Shown in pieces: positions 10,662 to 20,352 of a DNA stretch of 31,456 nucleotides. The stretch's first letter is position 1. Each line of letters begins with the position of its first letter. The stretch covers positions 1 through 31,456 of the forward strand of contig NIVC01003100.1 in NCBI GenBank assembly GCA_002269645.1, in the 5' to 3' direction. The notes beneath the pieces were generated by a model, which was not told where the DNA came from, did not search any database, and was given only the letters and a program-made list of their open reading frames with translations. The DNA is from Macrostomum lignano. Taxonomy: Eukaryota. The position numbers were made by a program, and so were the translations under genes.

Positions 10662-12303
10662 ATAAATATAAGGATGTCAGTGTGTGGGGGACGGCAGGGA
10701 GGTTTTGGAGAAATTTATTGGAAATTCTCTACATATAAGAATTTACATGTCTGCGACTGACTTATAGCGTGGGTTCAGTTTCTAAAAATAGCTGCGCGGA
10801 GTGTACATGCGCGTACACTGTATAGATAAGGGCGCCATGACACTCGGTTTTCGTAGAAATGATCTGCAGGGCGGAGGACTATACAAATGTTAGTTATAAT
10901 AATTATAATAGTTATGTACCACATCTACACGTGAAGATTTGGCCGGGGAGCGAAGTCACGGCTCAACCGATACCGATAACCGAGGAATAGACTGGTGGTC
11001 TGACTTGGAAAATGACTGAAGATGGACTCTGGACTAAACCTCTACTATCACCCTGACTTAACCGTGCAAACTGACTGATAGCAAATAATCTATCTCGCCC
11101 CGTAGCAACGCGCTAGTTTTATGTCGAGCCCCCCCCCCGCGCGGGCACTCTCGCTACTCAGGACTTCGTTTTGCAGTCCCAGAAACATCTGGATCTGTGT
11201 TAGTTATTTGTGCTAAAGGCACGGAATGAGTAACTAAAAGCGATAACGATTGTAAGTCCTCCGAGGCACGGCTAAAAATAAGTAATGCCAAACCACTTGA
11301 CAAACCAATAACGAACGAAGCCGGAGATCTGCAAGGGCCATCTTACATGCGCTACAAATTACATCGCTACTCTCAAACCGCTCAGCCAAATGGCACCAAT
11401 TGTTTCACCCACCAAAAGCAGTTTGCCTTGCTTTTTCTGGAATTCACTTCACTCATTCACCCAGAACAGGGAGGGGATAGGGCTTAATGTACTCGACAAT
11501 GTACAGTGTGTTTGGAATGACGCGACTTTGTTTTCGGCTTTGGCTGCACTTGCCCCAGTTGACAAGCCGTCCGGTAGCTGGGACAGTTTCACAAGAAATT
11601 CCAACTACAATCTGTACAGGACCGTCCCTCCAGACCATGCAGACCAGACCAGAAATTCGATTTAAAATAATAAATTTGGTGGAATAAAAGCTTGGTATTC
11701 CTACTGTAAATTTGATTTTTCAATCCTAATTTTTTATCACTCCTGACAGGTTTCACGTTGGTTTACTGATGCCTTGCATAATTTGCTTAGCTTCCCTTAG
11801 TTGCTATAAACTGAAAGTTTTTGTGTGGTCTTAGTCTCAAATCTTTGTATTCCAGTATTAGAAATAAGCTTTTTAACCCAAATTTTATCCAGGTACTATT
11901 TACCTCCGTCCTTAACTATTGAAAAGTTTTTGTTTGAGTATGACTTCAGATTTAAGAATTTATGCCAAAATAGTTTTGGGCATTGGAGGTTGAAAGTCTT
12001 CAGGCTTCAACAGCATGTTTTAACAAAATAATCAGGCACTTTTTGAGCGCCGATTTAACTACAGACAAGATTTCAGCTTTTATAAGTCGTGCCCTGCGAG
12101 CACACTTTTTCCTAATTAAATTGTAACAATAAATAATTGAAAACTTCCATAGCCACCCTTTGGCTACGTCACCGCTTGTCCATTGATGCGCACCTCTTCT
12201 ACTCATCCAAATTCACTTTTGTCCTTGGGGACTGGGGCGCAGTCCTTGGGCATGGAAGGAGTCAAGGACTGCAGATTGTCTAGCTACAGTTTTGTTGAAT
12301 TAA

Positions 12304-12903
12304 CCCATACTACCCAATATACTACTCACCTTCCATGCTAATAAGTAGTACATTGTAGTTCGTATAAGTAGCTCGTATAACAAATTTTCGAAGAATGTTG
12401 GTTTCGAGTGTTGAAAATGCAAAAGGCATGACCATAAACGTGAATTAAAAAATTGTCATTAGATTGCTAGCAGAGGCCACTATAGGATTTTGCCTGTGAT
12501 CGTGAGGTGCAAGTCGAGAAGGGCGCGAAAGCACATTAGTAAGTTAAAGGCCAGTTTTTGCTTTGGAAAGCGAAAAAGCGACATAAACCGTAGTTTTTTA
12601 GCTCGAAAACCCCAAGTGATAAACAATCTAAGTGATAAACTTTCTTCACACATTGCTTTATGATAATATGACAATTCGATAAGAGGCCTCAGGTGATATG
12701 GAGTTTTGGTCTAATTAAACAAAAGAAAAGATGGGAATGTGCAAATTAGCCTATTGAAAGTAGCAAAACGATAAAAAAATCAGAGAAAAGCAAAACTAAA
12801 TAAGTCAGTAATAAGAAAAAAAGACCAGCCAAAGAACTACAGCAGCTACAGCGTTGTACTACTCATTAGCATGGAAGGTGAGTAGTATATTGGGTAGTAT
12901 GGG
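12304..12903. mobile_element. ~600-bp MITE with ~48-bp TIRs (piggyBac-like CCC end)
   Basis: CCCATACTACCCAATATACTACTCACCTTCCATGCTAATAAGTAGTAC (12304-12351) is inverted at 12856-12903 with 1 mismatch. TTAA precedes the left end; the right flank is TGAG. AT-rich noncoding interior. Confidence 0.8.
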
Positions 12904-12915
12904 TGAGTTTTACTG

Positions 12916-13146
12916 GTGCGAGTTCAACAATGCTTGACTATCGCGATTTTTCCATGCAACGTCCTGCTGCGGGCCGAGTGGCCCCGAGCCTACGTGCACC
13001 TCGTCACCGAAGAGATGCTGGTGTACCTGCAGTACCTGTCTACCAAGCCGTTCTCGGCCGCGCACGCCTGCATCTTCGACTTTAACATGCCGGTGACGAA
13101 GAAGTCCTTCTGGAGTCGGCAAGGCCTGGGCGAGGCCGGGCACTGA
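12916..13146 (+). pseudogene. Orphan coding fragment / terminal exon of an unidentified gene
   Basis: Strong GC3 codon bias (CTG CTG CGG GCC GAG...GTG TAC CTG CAG TAC CTG) ending in TGA, in an AT-rich context; product not recognised. Confidence 0.5.
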
Positions 13147-14164
13147 CTCGAGGCGGACAGCTTTTAAGCAGCGGGTCTCTTTCGTTTCCCATTCGCGCTT
13201 ATCTCGCAACCGACCGATTCCTGAACTCGTTTCTGACCGTACTGCACTGTCCCATTTTCCCCATCGAATTGGAAATCTCGTGACTTCCATCGCACAGCGC
13301 TGGGCCGTTGGTTCGCCAGCAAATCCTCTCCCCTAGGGCAGCAAGCTGTACCGCGAGCGCAGGCTATTGTAACCATAGTAACCAACGGGGTCCCGCCACC
13401 GTTTTTATTTCCCAGCATCAAAGAGATTTTTTTAGGTCTTTGAAGAATTCATTATTGCTTATAATAGCCACTTCCCTTCCGTTACTTCAATACTTTAAGT
13501 AGATCACAAGGGTGCAAAATATATTAAAATTCGGCCACAAAATCAATGTGTTTAAAACCACTCATTCTCTTCCTATTCTTATTTGCTGCAGACATTCTCT
13601 ATAGCCAGATCCGGCATGACAAGGCAATGATTAAGCATATGCAGTCCGAAATATCCACAGTGGGTGACTTCAGCCACTGAAATTCAGTCTGGGAGATTTC
13701 GCAGTGGAAAGGTAAGAGGGAAGTGTGGAGAAGAGGCTCTTAACGAACGAGCTGGCACGACCCGATCCATCTCGGATCATCTGCCTGCCAGCGCTGAAGG
13801 CGGTTGTCATAGTCTGCCACACTTTATTTATAAGAAAAACAACAAGCCAATCTGTATACCGCGCTTGTCGAGCTGTCTTGAGTACGGAACCCGTATGGAA
13901 CCCTTCCTGGCAGGAAATTTCCTCGATCTTGGCTTTTTTATCATCAAGAGGGGAAGCGATGAAGACCAACCCGTCGCCTTCTGAACGCGGGCGTCCCCAT
14001 CCAGGATCAGCTCGCTTTCAGAAAGCGGAACCTTCGGCCGCACGGCGACGCGAAGGCCAGCTGAGCCTCTCGTACGGAATCCCCTCCACGGTTCCTACCG
14101 CTCTGAATTAGAGAACAGCACTCCACCCACGTCGTTAAGCATGATCTGGTGACTGTATGAAATC

Positions 14165-14195
14165 AAGGACCACTAGAACTTCTAGTGGTCCTTGT
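14165..14195. repeat. Perfect hairpin, 15-bp stem and 1-nt loop
   Basis: CAAGGACCACTAGAA-C-TTCTAGTGGTCCTTG. Confidence 0.95.
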
Positions 14196-14199
14196 GCTC

Positions 14200-14870
14200 T
14201 CTTGAGTTACTTACTTGACTTATCTGCAGGGGGCTCTGGGCATCCTGATGTAGCGAGAAGGCGTTGCCGCCCATTTCGCTTACCCCTAGCTGGCGATCAC
14301 AGGCAGCTAGTGCTGTGGTGTCGCCCAGCCTCTGGAGAGTCTAGGAGGTGGATATTCGCTCGCCCGGTAGCCTTTAGGTAGCGCAGGAGCTGTCAGAGTT
14401 TCTCGGGCATCCCGAAACGTCGGAGAGATCCGGGTTTGTGCCGAGGTAGGTGAGTCTGTCCTGAGTAAAGGCGTGGTATTCATAGATGAAATGCTCCGCA
14501 TTCTCGACACCGGAGAGGCAGAAAGGGCATTCCTCGCTACGGAATTTTCCCTTGAGGTAACGATGTCTGGCAAAACAGCCATGACCCGAGAGGGCCATGG
14601 TCACCGCCCTGATGTCCCTGCGGTTGAGTCCAAGCAGTGCCTTGCGCAGGGTGGCCTGCGTGCTCTCAATGACCTGCTGACCCGGCAGACCGCAAGAGAC
14701 TGGTTATTGTATGAAATTCACTGCCTCATTGACGGGTCCAAGAATTACTCCGAATCTGGCTACGGCTATCGCATCGCGTCCGGAGAGAACCGAGGCGACC
14801 TTTGGAGATTTCGGGGTCAAAGGGACGGCTCGAGTCGAATGCTCGAGTCGAGTTGCTGTTTGAATGCGCC
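14200..14870 (-). mobile_element. Decayed 3' fragment of a non-LTR retrotransposon (R1/Loa/I-group-like C-terminus)
   Basis: CRVS..VI...LRKALLGLNRRDIRAVTMALSGHGCFARHRYLKG...ECPFC...ENAEHFIY...QDRLTYLG, the C-terminal CCHC region typical of these clades; frameshifted. Boundaries approximate. Confidence 0.75.
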
Positions 14871-14986
14871 ACATTGTTCAAATTTTCTGACATTAAAAAG
14901 AAAATCAATCAAGACCCTATGTACTGGACGATCAAACCATCCAAGGGCTAAAAGCAGTGCGCTATGTGATTGCGCCTGTGAATAGC

Positions 14987-15670
14987 AGCGTGGTCATCGC
15001 GGACAGCATCTCCTTCGCTCAGATCTGGAGCACCTACGTCAAGGGCTTTGGGAATATTCGGATTTAGCAATAGAAAGCTACTGGATGGGTGAGTTGGCTG
15101 GAAATTGAAATCGCAGCATTAGAAAATAGATATACTTTTGAAGCTAAAATTTTCGGAGCCGTGAATCATTCTAAACATATCGAGTTGCTAGGTTAGCAAT
15201 AAGATCTCTCAATAGGTCACAACGGAGAGCAGCACCCAATTGTCATTTACCGGTCCAAAGACTACCAGGAAGGGACCAAAAAGCACACATGGACTTACGG
15301 ACAGGCCACTGCTTGAGTAAAAAGCATTCCAAAGCATGTCCTTTAAGCTTTAATAACGCTGCAGGAGCAACAGAAGCAGCTCACTAGATCAATCCCACAG
15401 GTCTCGAGCGGCTGTGCAGTCTCACAAAGTACCGGAGCTGCAAGCTGATTTTCGAAGCAGTGAAATGAGAAGACGGCACAGTTCAGAAAGGAATCTTCAA
15501 GGACTTTTAGGTCAAATATGCCAAGGACGGTGTTTGTGCGTCACGGGACAACTGGCTGGTCATTTCATCAGAAAGATTTTGGCGATTATAGACGCTACAG
15601 ATACTGCTGAAGCAGGTCGAACCAAAACAAACACTGGAAGACAACAAGGTTGTTATTTAGCTGGGTCTGG
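14987..15670 (+). pseudogene. Fibrinogen-related domain (FReD) pseudogene, two exons (14987-15088; 15401-~15670)
   Basis: SVVIADSISFAQIWSTYVKGFGN.SDLAIESYWMG|LERLCSLTKYRSCKLIFEAVK*EDG...FKDF*V...CA.HGTTGWSFH..KDFGD. Phase-1 GTGAG...CACAG intron 15089-15400. In-frame stops at 15466 and 15508; internal deletions. Confidence 0.8.
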
Positions 15671-15842
15671 GCTTCACTATCTGCACTTCAGGCTGGCCAA
15701 AGAGTCTTGGCATGCGCGGACTTTGCATCTGCGACTGCTTGCATGCCGAAATAAACTAAGCAAGTCGGTTGTGCGATATTCCAGATACTGAAGTGTCATG
15801 AATTGGTCGCTTGGTTTCACGTGGCTGAGCGGATAAAATAGG

Positions 15843-16498
15843 TTAATCTTTATGCTGTTGCTTTTTCATTCGAGTATTTGAGTATTCGAGTATTCTTGAA
15901 ACTCTCAGCTTTAAAAAAGCCCACATATAAGTTTCCTCTCTCGGACGCAGGTAAATGGCATTCTTGTCAACTTCAAGCAGACTTGTTTGTTCTGCTTTTT
16001 TCAGCTTGAGCAGTAACCAGTAGTTGTAGCATCTCTTATCACCCAGGTCTTTGTCGGCTATGATGCCGTTCGGTCTGTGGCAGTGGCCACAGTGGAACCA
16101 CCATCCAGTTCTGCCGTGATTATTTGTGCAAGTGCGCTTGTGTTTGTCGCTGTCGTAGGCGCTGAAGAGCATGTCGTATTTTTCTCGACCAGTCTGTCCC
16201 GCCTGTCCCGTCCCAGTGAACTTTAATTGCGCTGTCGGCGACTCCAGCTGGCAGGCTACATCATCCGAGCAGAGTCACACTGCCCGCAGCCGGTGCAAGA
16301 GGTGCGTTGCTGCTGACGCTGCAGGCACTCTAACAGCGTGGACAAGCGCTCACTCGGTGTTTCGTCGACTGCCTGCTGGGTGATGTCGGCGCCCCGGACA
16401 CTGCCGGCCGGCGGTGCGACCTGCGTTCGCCCCCAGGCCAGGCCCTGAAACGTGAAAGCCGTGGCTATTGCGCAGGTAGTGATCGTGATAGTGATCAA
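15843..16498 (-). pseudogene. Secreted FReD-like gene remnant (signal-peptide-like start, Cys-rich PAN-like piece, C-terminal part of FReD)
   Basis: MLFSAYDSDKHKRTCTNNHGRTGWWFHCGHCHRPNG...YW...AIYLRP matches the FReD C-terminal motifs. Upstream hydrophobic ITITITTCAIATA and ECLQR..C..C..CQL lie in a shifted frame. The GFG/YWLG middle of the FReD is missing. Confidence 0.75.
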
Positions 16499-16598
16499 TG
16501 GTGGAGAGGAATAAAAAACTCTCGGTGATTATGCTAGTAATTACCGCGAGTTTTCTGGTGAGCCTAAGAATAAAATGCGTTCGATTTTTGCAAGAGCA

Positions 16599-16734
16599 AA
16601 AAAGGAAGGAGCAACAGACTCAGTACTAGCGGAAAAAGAAAGGAGCAACAGACTCAGTGCTAGCGGAAAAAGGAAGGAGCAACAGACTCAGTGCTAGCGG
16701 AAAAAGGAAGGAGCAACAGACTCAGTGCTAGCGG
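16599..16734. repeat. Tandem repeat, 4 x 34 bp (AAAAAGGAAGGAGCAACAGACTCAGTGCTAGCGG)
   Basis: Read directly; 2 substitutions across the units. Confidence 0.95.
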
Positions 16735-17021
16735 AGTCCCAAGCTCAACTAGCGAATATATGAATAAATAGCAGCAGATACGTAATAAATGAAAATTCAG
16801 AGACTGACTGAGTGAAAATAGACAGTTAAAGCAGATTAACAGTAGAACTACCCTAACAATTTTTTGCTGCGCCGTATTGGAGCAACTCAGGCCCACGAAG
16901 CTCAAGAACACGGGCCAACTTTTTGTTGCGCACCTTCTCAAACAAGAATCAAGTCGCCAGCCCTCCGGACCGTCGAGATATTCGACGATTCTGCCGAAAG
17001 GTCGGATTTTTCCCACAAGCG

Positions 17022-18251
17022 CCTGTGCGCCAATCAGCACTGCGCCTCACTGCGGCCTTGCCAAGTCTCCAAATTTCATCAGCACGTCGATCACATGTGT
17101 CTGCATCAGCTCTGACTTCGTTGGTCACTAGCCTTCTCCCAGGCGGAGCTTCTGGAACTTCAACGGGTGGCCACCAGGTGACTATGGACACCCTGATGCG
17201 AATTTCTCTAGTTTCGCTCATCAAGCCTCGACAGTGGGCAAAACTCAACTGCTTGACATCCTCAACTAGTCTCTCAAGCATTCCGTCATCATCCCGACGC
17301 CGTCGGCTCCTTCAACAGATGACACCAGGTGACTAGGACACCCTGATGCGAATTTCTCTAGTTTCGCCGATCAAGCCTCGACAGTGGGCAAGCCTCAACT
17401 GCTTGACATCCTCAGCTGGTCTCTCAAGCATTCCATCATCACCCAGACGCCGTCGGCACCTTCAACAGATGACACCAGGTGATTATGAACATCCTGTTGC
17501 AAATATGTTAGATTGTTCTGATCAATCTTCAATAATGGGCAAACCTCTACTGTTAGGTATCCTCAACTAGTTTTTCAAGCAACCGGTTGTCATTCAGCCG
17601 TCGTCGGCACCTTCAAGGAGACTAAACTGACTATTAGACACCCAAAAGAGATGTTTTTTTTAACAATTAGCAACTTTTAGGACAGAAGACTAGAAATTCA
17701 GTATATTATGACTTGATCTTCATTCCACACAGAAAATTGGATAATTTCTATTAATTTTTTCTTCGCGAAGATTCTGTTCAATTTACAGTTTATTTAACAA
17801 ATTACGTCATCACATTTACTTAATCATGTCTGGTGATGATAAACTGTTTGAGAGTCTAGCTTAGAACGACCAGAAGTTAAAGTTTGCCCGTTATTGATGC
17901 TGGTGAGCGACATCAAAGAAATTCGCAACAGCGTGTCCACCTGGTGTCATCTGTTGAAGGAGCCGACGGCGTCGGGGTAATCACGGAATGCTTGAGAGAC
18001 TCTGAGGATGTCAAGCAGTTGAGGCTTTCCCACTGTCGAGGTCGAGGCTTGATCGGCGAAACTAGAGAAATTCGCATCAGGGTGTCCATAGTCACCTGGT
18101 GGCCACCCGTTGAAGTTCCAGAAGCTCCGCCTGGAAGAAGGCTAGTGACCAACGAAGTCAGAGCTGATGCAGACACATGTGATCGACGTGCTGATGAAAT
18201 TTGGAGACTTGGCAAGGCCGCAGTGAGGCGCAGTGCTGATTGGCGCACAGG
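17022..18251. repeat. ~310-bp inverted repeat (17022-17331 / 17938-18251), with ~150-bp tandem units running from 17172 into the spacer
   Basis: Arms are highly similar in reverse complement; CACCAGGTGA recurs at about 17172, 17324 and 17473; no TSD seen. Confidence 0.9.
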
Positions 18252-18275
18252 GGTGTACTGAATTGCATTAGCTGG

Positions 18276-18425
18276 GTTAATTGAGGGTGTGTGCGGCGAC
18301 CCCTCCCCCCCAGTCCTTGGACTGAACAGCCGTATGCAGCCTTCAGATCGCCGCGCAATAGCTGCGGCTGAGCTGTCGGTTGCACATCTGGCCCAATTGG
18401 GACACGTATAATCAATTATTCAATC
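18276..18425 (+). mobile_element. 5'-truncated copy of the SINE at 8676-9036
   Basis: GAGGGTGTG(TG)CGGCGACCC...CAGTCCTTGGACTGAACAGCCGTA.GCAGCCTTCAGAT...GCTGAGCTGTCGG matches ~8870-9015. Confidence 0.88.
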
Positions 18426-18451
18426 GATTCTCAAGGACTACTCAAGTAAAA

Positions 18452-18500
18452 TATCCTTGTCCTTGTCCTTGTCAATTTTTTTATTAAGTCGAAAAGAACT
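18452..18500 (-). mobile_element. Possible retroelement 3' end: AATAAA followed by a (GACAAG)3 tail
   Basis: Minus strand reads ...CTTAATAAAAAAATTGACAAGGACAAGGACAAGGA; no upstream ORF recognised. Confidence 0.35.
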
Positions 18501-19444
18501 TTCTTATCGGTCCATCCGACTGCAGTTGACACACGAAAACCAACAGATTTGCAGCTTGTGCGTTGCAAAATATAATTTACAAGCTGTTGAAACCGGCGGT
18601 AATATAATCCCAGGAACTTCCAATATTTTTGAATAAATTCCTAAATCTTAAGTCACATTCAAACGAAACTTATTAATAGTAAGGACAAAGGCAAAACACA
18701 GTTTGAGTTGATTCACGTCGAAAGGTGTATTTTTGAATAAAATAGACAGAGCAGTATTTTAAAACGTCGTAAACACCTACAGTATTAGGAGAGTAAAAAT
18801 CGAACTGAATAAATTTTTAAGTAAGGAGATGAAATTATCATGTAGCTTTTATTGCCTTTTAAGTAAAATATTAAAGAAGTCTGCCGAAGTCTAAGTAAAA
18901 GGATTCAAACTAATTACACTGTTTAAGAACGAGCGCATTCTATAGAAACTAAGCCGATTAAGTATGCAAGACATCAGCAAAACCAATGAGGAACATGTCA
19001 CGAATATGATAAAAATAATATTTAGTAATTAGGAACACCAACTCTCTTATTTCGAATCAATTTCTCGTCTGGTCTTAAGGGACAGTGACTTACTTCAGTA
19101 ATTCTTGTTTCAGAAGGTTTGCAACAAAGAGTTCCACCGTGTCCTTGAGTTTCGTGTGCTGGGGTCTCTTCTGGCAAAAACTAAGCAGATGTAATAAAAT
19201 TTATCAAATATGGGAACTTGGCACTTCTACCATGTTGATAAGTGATAACACTTTAGCTTGGTAATAAAATCGACAAATAGAGAAAAAATTCAGTTTTTTG
19301 AGAGAAGCTGTCCATGAGAATAATAGTGCAGAGGGGGTGATAGTGATACCGGTAGGTCGTGCGATGGCGTTCCCGGAGTCTCTGATCGAACCTAGCTCGG
19401 CAAACTTTTTTACCTCAAGGGCAGAAAAAGAATCCAATTCATGA

Positions 19445-19705
19445 CTCCGGGTCTGATAAGAGTGGAAATGAGAGGGAATGGAAGATGAGAAATGAGAGAT
19501 GAGAGATGGGATGAGATAAGAGAAAAGATAGAAGATAAGCGGAGAGGAGAGTGGAGAAAGGGGAGAACGTGGAGAGAGTAGAGGGGAGAGAGTGGAAGAG
19601 AGAGAAAAAAGGGAAAGAGGGGAGGGAGGAGAGGGGAGAGATGAAAGAGAAGACAGAAGAGGCTCCGGGATAGGAGAAATGATGAAGGGAAGGAGAGGGG
19701 ATCTT
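19445..19705. repeat. GA-rich low-complexity (polypurine) tract
   Basis: Almost purely G/A on the plus strand; explains the S/P/L-rich spurious ORFs. Confidence 0.9.
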
Positions 19706-20352
19706 TTTCTTCCAAAAGACACTTTGAATTTGATAAGCGGGAGAACAACACGTGGGTTATTTTGGAATCGTTCTTATAAGATTTTAGGCAATTGGCTTTG
19801 GCCCAATTTTCTCCCAACCTTGCAGATAATTAAGAGCATGCAATTTCTAGGTTTACCAGTCTATTTAAATGTGACTGGATTAATTAGGCGTTAATTTAAT
19901 AAACTAGACATCAAACCAATACAAAGTAGAAAAAAAACCTTAAATTAAGTTAAAGGCTTGATTAAAGCAGACATTATTTTAAATAGACAATTGAATAGAC
20001 AATGCATCATTTTCCCAACGGAATAAAAACACGACGTAGAATTATTGATTACTTGATTACTGGAAGCTGACTGCACCTACGCTTCAACCGCTGAGGCAGG
20101 CAAACGTTTCTCATGGGTTTGTCGGTCCAGAGTTCTAGTCGCTAGTATCTGGTAAACTTTATCATCTGGTCTAAATTCATCAGCTATTTCTTAGATTGAA
20201 AGTGTAATCGCCTCGAATCTTCTGCTAAATTTACCAGCTCCAACTTGCCCGCCTCTGCATAAAAGAAACTCAACTCATGCTCAGCTTACTCTTGGTGTCT
20301 TGGCATCAATGAAACCAAACAGACCCAATCAGCTGCAGCCAACGCCAGGTCT

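Noticed and set aside
13670-13969. RT-like fragment (CQEGFH...LVVFL)
   Set aside because: Only a faint resemblance to the Q.GF...VFLD..KAFD motifs; the catalytic Asp context is absent, so it cannot be supported without a search.
14473-14985. Plus-strand 170-aa ORF with a DGS..GYG resemblance to FReD
   Set aside because: Overlaps the better-supported minus-strand LINE C-terminus; the motif match is weak.
17215-17265. Walker-A-like QASTVGKTQLL in the 150-bp repeat
   Set aside because: Lacks the first Gly, the frame contains stops, and it lies in a repeat; probably chance.
19204-19894. ORFs 19204-19722, 19410-19817 and 19592-19894
   Set aside because: Products of the GA-rich low-complexity tract.
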